Made by a program: the position numbers and the translations under genes | Assembly: GCA_001643675.2 (NCBI GenBank) | Contig: LSRY02000045.1 | Coordinates: 62,001-126,000, forward strand | DNA: 64,000 nucleotides | Direction: 5' to 3' | Origin: Monocercomonoides exilis PA203 | Taxonomy: Eukaryota; Protista; Preaxostyla | Shown: piece by piece, positions 24,600 to 37,470 of the stretch | How the letters are laid out: each line of letters begins with the position of its first letter | Position numbering within the stretch: the stretch's first letter is position 1 | The notes under the pieces: model-generated | What the model saw: the letters and a program-made list of their open reading frames with translations, nothing else | The model's database searches: none | What the model was told of the DNA's origin: nothing

Positions 24600-27500
24600 A
24601 ACATATTCATTTTATCTTTCTCTCTTCGTTTCTCCTCTGATTCTCTCTATCTCCTTCTCATCAATTATATGTCATCCAGTTTTCTGCCTCCTCAGATGCT
24701 CTGCTGTTGTCGCCTTTCTCAACACCTGCATCACCACCCACTGCCACTTCTCCTTCACTCCTCATTCGCATCTGCTCACTCTTCCATCTTCTCCTTCCTC
24801 GACGGATCCCTCTCTGTGTTCTCCTCCCTCTTTTCCTCTCCAAAACATCCAATCCACTTCAGCTCAATGCTCATTTGTGCTTGCACAGTTACCCTTCGCC
24901 TCTCCAGGATATCTGTCCATTCCATCCACCTCTCCTGCCCTGCTATTCGTGCTCTCCCCGCTTCCTCCCTCTTCCTCTCCCACGCCAACCTCTCCACACT
25001 ACGTCCTGCCTAGCCTCTGCTGGTTTTTCAATAATAGCATCAGCTTCTTCGTTGAGCATCTCATCGACACGGATCTCGCCTTTGGAGGTTTCAGTGTTGT
25101 TATTTTCATCTTTCTGTTTTAAATAAGTCAATAAGCTTCTTCAGCATGATGTACTCCTTCTTCACCACCATTTTTTTCGACCAGCTCAGAGGTGAACAAC
25201 TGTGTGCATGTCGACAGCTGCTTGTTCACTTGCAACAGATCAGCCTGTCCCGAATGTCACCTTTGCCTGCAGCATCATCATCAGCTCTGACTTCTGTGAG
25301 ATTAACATTGCCTCGCTTTGACAAAGCGACTGCGCACTCTGTGGCACTTCCAAGTGGCTTCTCATCCATCGATTAGCTCTCCGAAGCATCGCATCTTACA
25401 TCCCTTCCCTGCTGTTTGTTGCTGTGCTTAAGGACACCCATGAAAAAGAAGCAGCAGACGGAATGATAAAGATAAATAACAATTGATTATTTCTCCGTAT
25501 TAGCTTTCTTTTACTGCTCGTTGAAGTCTTCTCTTCCAACTTCTCTCCTTTTCCATATTATCCTTTTTTCTTTTAAAATCTCTTCAATTTTTTAAATCCA
25601 AATTCCATTCATAATATTCTGTTTTTTAATAAATTTATCTTTCTCTTTATCTTTCTTCTCTTCATTCACCAAATAATTTTCTTTTCATTTTTTGAAGAAG
25701 ATGATTTCTTCATAAATTCCATTCTTTTTTATTTCTGCTATTATCACTTATGAAGATGCAAAAAATGAAGAAATACGATCAGAAGAAGAAGAAGATGATG
25801 ATGACTACGATGATGAATCAGATGGTAGCTGTAACAAAAGCAGAGCAAGGAGGACAGTTGCAGGTGAAGATGAAAGAATATCCTTTGAAAAAAAGAAAGA
25901 ACTTTGAAAAAATAGACTTCATGTCGTATAATTCTCAGGAATTGCTCCAGATGGGGGAGAAAAGAAAAAGAAAAAGATACCCGTTCACGACTCTGAAGTG
26001 GGAGAGAATGAGTCGAAGGAAAAGGGAGGAAAACTAAGGATGGAGAATTTTTTGATGTGAATGACGGAGAAGAGGGAAAAGGAGAGGGAGATTGCGAAAG
26101 AGAAGAGAGAGGTAACTGAGAGGAGGTGACGCTTGTCTGAAGCTGATGTGGAAGAATTGCTGAGAATTAGTCTTTCTTTATCTGATTGGGAAGTTCTCCT
26201 CCTCGTCCACTTGCTGTTCCTGATGCATTTATCGCATGCCAACAGAAGTTGTATTAGCTTCATAAGCAGCAGAATTTGAAGATCCATTCATATCCTGTGC
26301 GTTTGTTGCAACATTCGATGCCAATGAAGTTGACTGAGACTCAGATGTTTGCTGGATAGAAGCAAAAGCGGAAGGTGTGGCTTGTTGTGATTATGCAGCT
26401 CCAACAACCTTCAATCGCTGGATGAGAGAGGCAGAAATAGACATCGAAGGAGAAGAGGAAGGTTTCTGGTCATAGTGTGTCTCGAATATAGCTGATATTT
26501 TGTGTGGGGCAAGTCCTTCTTCACCATCAGCAAGAGAGTAGCGGTGACGATAGCATTGAGTGAAGTGCGTGTTGCTAGCAGACGAAGCAGCAGGCGATTG
26601 GATGATGCGGCAGAAGGGCTGAGTGGCTGCGTGGAGTATGAGATGATGGAAGGCGTTGTGCTGAAGGATGGTATGGACTGAGAAATGGAAATAGAAGCGA
26701 CGAAGGAGGTGAACAGAGAAGGTATTGAAAACACGAAGATGATATGAAAGATGCTGAAAGCAGCTTTGAAGGCAGAGTGCGGACGATTGAAGTGAGCAAA
26801 TGAGAAAGCGGGAGTGGGCACATGTTGACAAGAGGCTCCCACAAAAATTTGAGAGAAAAAGGCAGAATCGAAGGCTGCTCTTCTTTATGTGGCTGTTCAA
26901 CGTGCAGCGGAGCAACCTTGTGTGTGTTGAATCTGTCAGTTCGAATAGAGTTTCACCGATGGATGGGACGCATGCTATTCTCGGCGGAGTATCAAAAATT
27001 GCATTTTCTGAGGCAGACAGCAGAAGTTGTTGGTCTTCGAAAAAGACAGACGAAGGAAACAAAAGTGGGTCAAGCAGAATATTCGCATTGATTGCATATG
27101 ACTCTCTTTCCACTGCATTCAAAGAGAAATTATTTTCATCATTCTTTCTATTGATCATGTTCTGCACATCAGGAATAGTGCTGAAGATTCCCCTCTCTTC
27201 TCAGAACAGCTCAACTGTGCATCTTGCCTCGTCCCCTCCTTCAACAGCTGTCCTTCCTTCTCATCTCCACACATTCATCTCATTTCTCATGTTCTCCACC
27301 AGTTGTGCATCTCTCACAGTATCTTCTCCTCCCAAGCTGAACAGCCTCGTTCCACACAACAGGCTCAGAAACGAGTTCGCATCATTTGCCAATATTCCCC
27401 CTGTTGTCCCGGCATACGAAGAAGGAATGGTTGTTTGCTTTGGAAGCTGAGGTGACCAAAGCTGGTTGAAAAGATGAAAGAGTGCCTTTCCGAGAGAGTG

Positions 27501-29840
27501 AAGCGAAGAAGCGCCTTCATCCTGCCCAATCTGTTCATCAACCTCACAAACAGCTTCTTCGGCCCTGTCTTCTGTTTGTTTTTCTCCCCAAACACAGAAT
27601 TGTTCCCAAGGTCATCTGCTCCTCCTCCTCTATCTTCTCCATTTGCATTGGCATGCCGTCTAACAAGACACACTTGCAGAAGAAGAAGTTATCGCAAACC
27701 CATTTTCCGCAGCTGCTCTGAGATGTGTCTGAGTTGTTCTTTCGAATGCTGCTTTGATGGCAGACAAGACAAGATGCCTTCGTGATACAGAAATATGCAA
27801 TAAACTGTGATTGCTGTGTCTTCTGCGCGGGCTCTGCAGCGCTTCTCTGCCTCCGTCTGAGCCAATTGCATTCTCATCTTCTTCTTTCGCATTGTTTTCC
27901 TTTGTGGACTTAACTGAAGTAAAGGAAAACTGCAGATAAATCGGACTGAGCTCTCCGCTAAAGATGGTCGGAGTGGGTGAGAAAGTTACACGGGACTTCT
28001 TCTGATTGCTCTTTTGGGATTCAGATGAAAGCGTCTTTCGCTGCTTGGGAGTGAAGCGCAGGGCAGGGCGTGAAGTTAAGTCTTCTTCTCTTTCTGTTGT
28101 CTTTGATGTTTCATCGGCATTTGATGTATCAGCAGATCGTGTTATATCCAAACTGTCTTCATCACAGCTGACGTAACTATCATCGCTGTCGTCATTGTTA
28201 TCATCTTCACTGTCTTCTTCTGCTTCTTCAGTGTCTGCTGCACCTGCTCCGTTCACTCACTCTTTCCTCTCTTCATTTCGAATCAAACAGAACATGTTCT
28301 TCCCTTTCCCTCTCGGCCACATCTTTCTTTTTTGTTTCTTTGCCTTGCTTTCCTCTTCCTGCACGAGATTTGCATAAAGTCTAAAATCGGCTGGATTGAT
28401 TGTTGGAATGATCCTTCCATGTGTCAGTTTCAGTGTGTTCTCCTTCAAACTTCGTAACTGCCTCCTTCTTCTGTCTCTCTTTCATCTCAGCTGCTTTGAA
28501 TGTTGTTTCGACTGAGCTGTTTTCTCTCATTTTTGCAGAGTTGAATGTGGATGAGGTGTCATATTCAAAAACAGATCTGCTCTTTTTCTGTGTCTGCCGA
28601 TTTGCCCGTGTGCTTGTCAAAAATATCTTTGCACTGAGGATCCTGTCTAACTCCACGTCTTCTTCTTCCTCCTCCTCCTCATCATCATCCACTTCCTCGC
28701 CATATTCATTCTTATCGGTGTCACTTCTGCTTCTTCCACTTTTCTCACTCATATCAGACTTAAAAGAGTCAAAGGCGATGCTGCCTTCTGTCACACCTTG
28801 CAGCTCCAGCTCTCTCGAAAGCAGCTCACTCAGCACATCATACGAACTCATCGTCGGACTTGTCTTTGATAGGAATGCTTTTCATTTCAATTTTCCTTTC
28901 CTTTCACGCTCGCTTATCCTCTCCGCTTTTCACCTTTTTGCCTTCAAAACTCCAATTCATCTGGAGGAAGCTCGTCAAACACAGAAATATTTCTTTTCTT
29001 ATCTTTTTCCTTTCTCCTTTTTCCTTTTTCCCTTCTCATCTTCTTTCACTTTCTCTTTGTTTCCAAGCTTCCTCTAACTCTCCAATGCCGCGGCTGCTGA
29101 CTCCAAACACCTCGAATACTGTACAGTCACATTTGCACTTGCTCCTCCTTCACTCTTCTTCCCCTGCAGATTCAACCCCATCGCGGTAATCATCCGCTTC
29201 CTCTTCATCTTCGGTGGCCTTCCGTGTGGAATATTCAGCGGCACTTGCTCCATCCCCACACGTAATAGCTTCTTCTTCTTGCTGTTATTATTGTTATTGC
29301 TGTTATTGCTGATTCCACCCATCTTGTTTGTCAGTCCCAGCACTTCTGATTTGAACTCCGGTAAAGCAATCCTTGAGCCTGTGTGTGTTTTCATGCAGAC
29401 TGTCCGCTTGAAGGCAGCAAGCGCTTTTTCCCTGTTGCTTTTTTTGAGTGATCTGCCGAGTGCGGAAGTTGGAACACTCAGCAGTGAAACAGACGAAGAA
29501 GAGGATGAAGAATTCTTCGTCTGAGTACTTGAAATCGGGATAGAGGTTGCTGGAAATCCAACATTCAACGAAGTGGAAACAGAAGAAGCAGAAGAAGCAG
29601 AAGAAGCAGAAGAAGCAGAAGAAGCAGAAGAAGCAGAAGAAGAGGAGGAAAAAAAAGACGAAAATTGTGATAGCGAAGAAGGAGATAAGGGAGATAATTC
29701 AGTGGATGTGTTATTTGGAGAAGCGGCTTATGATTAATATGAGGAAGAAAACGATGAAGAGGAGGAATGTGAAATGGAACAATCTTTCGATAAATGGGGA
29801 GAAGTTTGAGATGATGATGAAAGCATTAAAGTCGTGCGAA
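24600..29840 (-). pseudogene. Fragmented large low-complexity (Ser/Glu/Lys-rich) gene of unknown family
   Basis: Minus-strand ORFs 29074-29568, 28381-28851, 27660-28256 and others in shifting frames; (AGAAGAAGC)n tandem at 29581-29640. Confidence 0.35.
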
Positions 29841-29850
29841 TGAACTTCAT

Positions 29851-30470
29851 TCAAGCAAAAAAATGAAGCAATTGTTCGCACATTTTTCTGATGTTGAAAA
29901 CATACCACCGAAAAGGGAATAGGCGAGAATGGGAAGACGAATGAGATGAATGGAAGGACGAGAGGGGAAAGGAAAAAGATTTTTGAGAAAAAGCATAAGC
30001 AGCAGCAGCAGAAGAAGATGATGATGAAAAAGAAGAAGAAGAAGAAGAAGAAGATGGTTGAGGAATACTACTGGAGGCGATGCTGGTGGAATCTGTGTCA
30101 TTTCCTGTGATTTTGGAATCAATCGCACTGAAGGTGAGTGCTTGAAGAGGAACAAATGTTGAGGTGAAGAGGGTGAGGGATGCTTCTTTGAGGAGGGAAA
30201 TGAAGCCGTTGAATGCATATTCGATGGCGGCACATGTGGTCTTTTGGTGTCTACCACACACATTAGCATCCGTTCCATTGTTGGCAGCAATTTTGTTCTG
30301 GGCGATGAGGGGGAGCCAGCCATTGAAAGTTTCATTGTAAGCAGTTCCTTGATTCCACACTCTTTTTGTTTGAGTTGTTGAACCACAATTCTCAAATGAA
30401 GATTGGGTTATGCTGCTTCCACTGAAGAACACATCATTTCCTCTGCCATTTACAGTAGTGCTTCCAACGA
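29851..30470 (-). pseudogene. Beta-helix surface-protein family fragment, paralogue of ~8270-8640
   Basis: NGRGNDVFFSGSSITQSSFENCGSTT...GWLPLIAQNKIAANNGTDANVCG is nearly identical to the 7996-8724 ORF. Confidence 0.75.
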
Positions 30471-31881
30471 AGTAGTTAATTATTTTTTCATTCACCTTTT
30501 GAATATGCTAATTAGCTGGTGCGAATCAATTTTCAAATGGTTTTGCTCCTGTTTCTTTTCTCTTTGCTATGATTTCATTCAGAAAATATATTTCCTTCTG
30601 ATTCTTCTGAACTCTATCGTCATGTTCTCTTTCTTCATCTTTATCCAACAAATATTAAACTTCATTTCAAGTGAACTGTTAATTCTCCAAAAATCTATTT
30701 TAATTAAAAAAGAAATTCATTTCTTCATTATTTTGTTAATTTGTTTCATCATCTTTTTTTCTCCATCTTCAATGCACGTTGTGTCACGATAAATAGCTAT
30801 CATTATACGATAAACATGAAAAATAAAATCCAAAAGTCAGATGAATAAATTTATAAATCAATTTATAAAATCAATGAAGATAAGTTCAGAGTATATTCAA
30901 AGAAATAATAAGTCAAAATAGAGAATCAAAAAAAAGATAGATTGAATTAATAATAATGGAGAAAAAACCAATAAACCATGATAAAATAAAAAATAAAGAC
31001 AAAAAAATACTCATTAAATTAGAATCACTTACAGACATATTTCTGAAAGATGAATTATTATTCTTTCATTTTCACTGATATTCCATCTCGGGCTGACAAA
31101 TTATTTATGAAAAAAATCGTATTGGTTGCTATTATTGCAGCTTTTTTAATAGAAATAAAATGAGAATATGGTTCAAATTCATTAATTGCTTTGCACTTTG
31201 CTCACAAAAATATCCACATGAAAATTAACGCATATTTATTTTTGACACAATAAAATACAAAAAATTATAAATACGTTCCATTTTCCTTAAAATATATGAA
31301 ATTTAGAATGTCGATCACAAAAGTGGTCACTAATTTTTCTTCGGATTTTGCAACAAACAAACATTAAAAGATGTAAGGAAGCTGTATGTGTGGAAATCTG
31401 AGAAAAAATTAGTGACCACTTTTGTGATCGCCAGTCATTTCAATTTTCAGTTTTATAATAGTTCCGATCGTTCAACGGATCAAATCTGATGAGAACCTTA
31501 ATAAAAGTGTTTTTCAAAATGACTGGCGATCACAAAAGTGGTCACTAATTTTTTCTCAGATTTCCACGCATACAGCTTCCCCACATCTTTTAATTAACCC
31601 TGGGTGACGCACTGACCATTGACGTGGACCTTTCGATCCCTGACTGACGTGAAAATATTTTCACGTCAGTCAATAATCTTTGTTCAATTGAATTTTGATT
31701 TCGAAATTAAAAACATTAATAATAAAGGATTCTTTTTTCAGTGAGCTTGTTTTATTATTTTTTTATTTTTATTTTATTCTCAAATCAAAAATTCCATTAT
31801 GTGATTTTCACTGACGAAATAGTCAAGATCGGAATTTTGAAACTTATTTGACGTCAGTGACGTCACGTCAGGTCACTCAAA

Positions 31882-34870
31882 ATGTTGGAATTAGATGAAG
31901 ATCAGGAACAAGAAAAATTACCGAAGGAATTGCTCGGATGTTTAAGTAATGCTTTTGTTGTATGTTCCATTTCCATTTTATTTCTTTTAAAAAACAAACT
32001 GTTTTTTCACTAAAGAAAGATATGTTCGAAAAAACAAGAAAGAAGTTGAATGATGCAGGCTGTCAATTTGTGAAATTACAAAAACACTGCGAAACGAAAT
32101 ATGGACCAGGTTTTTTAACTTTTTTTAACTTTAATTTTTTTAATTTTTTGTAATTTTTCTTTATGGAAAGTGCATGATCATCATCGGAAAAAAATTGAAT
32201 TTCTTTCTCGAATTTCGTTTGAAGTCATCGGAGAATCATTATGGATTTCTTTCACTCTTGTTGACGAAAACTGTGTGCCAAAAAAAGATTGTCATAGGAA
32301 CTATTTATGTCCAAATGCTAAGGATGGATTTGCTTGTGGAATATCAGGAAGAAGAAGTTACTCGTTGGTGGTGAACCACAACTGTGAATTTCTAAAACAC
32401 AAAATATTGCACGATTCCAAAAGATTCCAGATCAGAAATCATCTTTCAATGAAACTGGATTTTTCCCTAAAATTGATGGGCCTTTTGATGCACAAGAATT
32501 ACAAAAACAGTTTATATCTTTGATATGTCGATGCAATTCATCATTTTTATCGTCGTCTTCAAAAGAAATGAATACATTTATTTCTTCATTAATTAGAGCT
32601 GGACAACGCAACCCATCACTATCATCGGAATCAATATTCCCATATTTGACACGCAAGAAAATCGCCCACATGGTTCTCAAAGAAAAAGTCAGAGTGGTGA
32701 AGGAAAAGGAGTCGACAATAAGAAACAGTGGGGTGTGTGTAATGCTTGATGGAGCTTCAGTCGCCAATAGAAAGATCATTGTGATGACAGTTTCTAAATT
32801 ATCCGTTGAAAGCAGTCCACTATTTTGGGGACTATTTCAACCTTGTGGAACTGTCAACGAGTTCGATTTCCTTATTAACAACCTGATAAATGAATTCAGC
32901 AAATTTAACGCAATTATCAGAAGTTTTTGTACAGATGGCTTTTCTTCTCAAATTCGAGCTATCGAGAATTTCACAAGCCAGGAAAGCAATGCAGATTTAA
33001 TTGAAAAAAAAGTCAGAGTTTTATTCCTTTTCATATTTACTGCTGCAATCACTTGACAAATTTGGTAATCACAAATTTAAATAGAAAAGTTCCATTTCTA
33101 TTTGATCTCAAAACAAGAATGCTAAATTTTACTCAAAAAGCCCATACTCAGCCAATCAAAAACATTCTCAAGAAACATGCCCCAACATTTATCACAACAA
33201 GATGGAATTCATTGTTCGAAATAGCTTCGTTCATCAGGAAAAAGAATCAAATCATTCAAAAGAAATATTTATAAGACACGGATAGCCCAGTGGATATCAT
33301 CAAAGCAGAAGTGTTCTTATTCCCTTTTCATTTGCTTCACATGAATTTCGAAAATGATAATATCAAGAAAAGTCAAGTTTTCCCTAAATTATTATGATCT
33401 TTTGAGTTTTTTTTCTATATTTTGAAGCTGGTTCAGTTCAAAGAAGAAAAATGGAGAAACTCGATTGTGAACACACTTATATTGATGCATAATTGTTTTT
33501 TTGTAGGAACGTGTGGTGAATATATTGCGCTTTCATATGCTGTAACCCCCCAATTGGCGTTCAATTGGTTCGAAAACAACTATTTCCTCTCAGAAACTTT
33601 TCAACACCATCTTTCTTTGAAAAAGAAGCTGAAATCTCTTGTCTATCCTCTTCAGCAAATTCTTCAGTCTTCAGACACATGGCTTCATCATTATTTCATC
33701 CTTTGCCTTATCTAGTTGACTTAAATGCAAAAGAGTTTTTAAAATTATTTATATTAATTCCTTTAACTTAAGTTTTTAATATTTGTTATGAATTTTTGGA
33801 AACCCAGGATGAATTATAGACCCCAATCCCAGGCTACATTTTTAAATAAATCCAAAAGTCAATCAGGTTTGTTATTATTTTTATGTGTTTATTTTTTGTA
33901 TTGAGTGCTGATTCATTTTCATATGTTAATTGAAGAAAAAAATGAATTGAATGATATTCTTTTGTTGATTCAGCAACTGGAAGAAACAGATCAAGAAACA
34001 TATGGAAAGAGAAATGAAAAGAAGCTAGTTATTGGAGAAGAAGATGAAGAAAGCGACGAATTTGGATTATTAGAAGCGGAAGAAAATTCAGTTAACGATA
34101 GGTATGATTTTTTATTTGAATAACAAATCCCAAGCCAAACTCAAATCCGGGAAGATAATGAAATATCCACAACGTCTGAAATTTCTTCAAATTCAAGCAA
34201 TTCAAATTCTTCGACACCAACACTTGTGGATCTTAATTGTTATTCTTCAGCGAGTCTTTGTTCACATGAAACGATGAATGAATCACAAAGAGAACTGATG
34301 GATATTGATGGAGTCCTTGAAGATAATCAGAAGGATGAAACAACATGTTTGGCAGATGACATTCACGGTCACTATCATTGTTCTTTTGAAGGACATCAGT
34401 CAGAATTAGAAGGAGAAGGTGATTTCGATATTGAAGAATTGTTTTCGACTGGCAAATTACCTATTATTACAGAATTCAATGAAGAAAAAGAAACACAAAG
34501 CATGAAACAGATAGAGAACACGTTGTTTGTTGATTGGTTTCCTAGGCTTGACGCATATTTTTCGAAATATGCAAAAAAAGTTTTAGGAAACATGGAAAGG
34601 GAATACTCAGAAGGTTGCATGCTGCTGTTTGAAAGGCAGATGAGATCAAAGCCGGATGATATATTTGAAAATAACCCCGAAATTTATTACCAAGTGCTGG
34701 CAGCATATGGAAATATTCAAACAGTTTATTCTGGATTGTGCCTTTCGTTAATTGTTTCCCCCTGCAGTGAAGCCAGCTGTGAACGAGTTATTTCCAGAAC
34801 AAAAAACATAATCGGAGATCAAAGATATTCTTTTAACATACAAACGCTTGAAGAAATCCTTCACATTTGA
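31882..34870 (+). pseudogene. hAT transposase, intron-containing, with frameshifts and stops
   Basis: VMLDGAS, FCTDG, HIYCCNHL (CxxH, after a frameshift near the A-run at 33004-33011), ITTRWNS and SPCSEASCERVISR (catalytic E / dimerisation region). Confidence 0.85.
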
Positions 34871-36119
34871 AATATTTTCGTTTTTGTATCATTTCCGCCA
34901 CATTTTAATTCGATTTTTACTTCGAACAAAGCTTTTTATTTATCATCCATTCCATTGTTCTTTAAAAACGTTTTTTTTTTGAAACATGAAAATTATTAAT
35001 AAGTTTGTTTTAACCACAGAAAACGAAAGAATGACGAACTGAACCGAAAATCAAAATGGAATAAAAAGAAAAACGTTTGATTTTGATGCTGTTGGTTGCC
35101 GATGAATTTTCGAGTTGGAAACAACTCCGATCAAGTGGAAAAATGTGCAATTGTGATTCTTCCGGAGAATAAACATAAAGAAAAAATGAGAAAGAGAATG
35201 CATGTTTGAAATTCTTTTGCATTTTGCTTTGTTCTCGGAATCCATAAGTTTTATTTCTTCTTTGCAGTACATAAGAATTGAGGTTATGTGATTTTTCTTT
35301 TGAAACTGTTGCATTTCGAAAAATTGTTCCGATGGTGATCATTTCTTCACATTTTCTAAGTGCGTTCAAGAAAGAATTCCCCAATGAAAAGGAACCAGAA
35401 AGACAAAAGATGAACTCAGAGTAACGTTTGAAGATTGAAAAGAAAAAAAATAGATTTAAAGTTGAATTGTTAAAAGTGACGAAAGAGAGAAATAAAAAAA
35501 GAAAAGAATGATGAAAAGTTCAATTAAGTTTTTGTTGTTTTCAATAGATGAGAGACATACCAGGAGTTAAAGGAAAAACGTTCATAATAAATTCCAACAT
35601 GTATTTCTCTTGCTTTGTTTTTTCTCGAACAATTTTTATTTTTTTAATAACGAGAACTGAAATCATAGTAAATTTTGACAAACAAGTGAGGAAACTTGAC
35701 GAAATCCAGGTTACTGAAAGGAACATGAAAGACACTGTATTTAACGATGGATAAATAAACGATCATTTGTTTTTTCATGAAAGTGATTTACAAAAAAGAT
35801 GATAGATAAAAGACTTTGAGCTTATAAACGAGGAGAATGATAGAAAACTTTTTATTTATTTATTATTCACATATCATTATTCATATTAACAAAATGAAGG
35901 AAAATAAATATTATCTTTTTTAAAAAAGAGACACAAATATAAATAGTATTGCGACATGATCTTTAAAAGAAAAAAAAAGACTGTGAGAAGACATAGATAA
36001 AGATAAACAATATTCAACATATCTCATTTATTTAAATATTCAATGAATAATTACCGTTATATTCAGAAAGTCAATAATAAAAAGAAAATTGTCAAAATCT
36101 GAGTTTCATAAAGCCTTGT

Positions 36120-37470
36120 GATAGCATAAATGAATCCTTCTGATACCATCTTTTTCTATCACTTCCTTTTCCACTCTTTTTTCCCTTCTTCTATTTCATC
36201 TTTCCCCTTTTCTTTCACTCGTCTTGAAGAGTATTTAATTGAATAACAAGCTTTGAAATTTCAATCAATATATCGATGTTGACTGCTGAATCTCCTCAAA
36301 AACAAAATCGACGGACTAACTTTCCAGCAATTCAGCAACCTTCACAGCTCTTTTGTATGTTTTTTTTAAAAAAAAATGCATAAAAGCAATTCTCTTTGAA
36401 ATCTTTGTGGTTATCCCTCAATGTTCGAAACACACTTAAAATAAAGCCAAAATGGCCAACAAATAATTTGTTCCACAAATTGCAATGGATTAAGTGCAAA
36501 AGCAACATATTTTCCAATCTCTTTAAAAAAATCTCCTCCTCAGTTTTCTGTCTCTTTCCTTCAATATTTCTTTTCAGCTCCTCCAATTCTCTTGCTGATT
36601 CTCTTGCAAAATGCAGCTCGTTCACGATGCCTTTTTCCAAGCTTCCGTCAGCATTCAATCTGAACACCAAAAAGTTCCAAGCACACTGACAGGCGAGTTG
36701 TGTCAGGGTGTGATGTTTCTGATGGTATTTGATGATTTCTTTGATTTCATTTAAGTCCAGCTTTTGTTGAATTTTCTATAAGAAAAAGAAAAGAAAAATA
36801 TCAATAAATGAAGCGAAAACAACTCAATAAATTTATCAATTTGCAGATCATACTCTCCGCTGCGTTATGTTACTCAGTGCCAACAAAGTCATTTCCACTT
36901 CTTTCTGAGTCTCCTCGCATATATCTTTCTTCAAAGCAGCTTTTTGAATTAGCGGCACACTTATTGATATAAATTTCGAATTGAACTTGTTGTTAAGCAA
37001 AAGACAGCAATCGCACAGATCAATCAAAAGCTTTTCGTCCTTTTCTTTCTTTTTTCTTCTTCACCAATGATCATCTCCAAAAATTATGCTTTCAACATAG
37101 AAAAATCAAATCATTCATTCCATAACTTTTTCAATATTCTGCAAAATCCCTTGCGCTTCAACAGGCAAGAAGAATTTCTCAATGAAAATTTCTCTTCTTC
37201 TATAATTCTATTCAAATTGTAGAACAGATCGATAGAATAAATTGATTCCAATTCTTTTAAATTATTACACAATTATTTCATTTATTTCTTAAGTTTTCTG
37301 TTAATGATCTTCATCATCGCAATCTTCCCGTTCAAAAAGCATTTCTGCAATAGAAATAAATATGGAGATTTCAACGAATAAAAAATTAAAAATATCAACA
37401 ACGTCACACAGCATAATTATCATGTGGTGTTCAATTTCCGTGCTTTCACGAAAACATTACAAATTGAAGA
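36120..37470 (-). pseudogene. Decayed host gene fragment (alpha-helical multicopy family) inside the hAT element
   Basis: LNEIKEIIKYHQKHHTLTQLACQCAW and LEKGIVNELHFARESARELEEL resemble an expanded uncharacterised Monocercomonoides family. This is from recollection, not searched. Confidence 0.55.

Noticed and set aside
31313-31560. CRISPR-like array from the repeated 27-mer
   Set aside because: Copies alternate in orientation, the intervening sequences are mirror copies rather than unique spacers, and there are no cas genes.
35951-35964. GCGACATGATCTTT as another Sola-family terminus
   Set aside because: No adjacent subterminal TIR similarity; likely a chance match.
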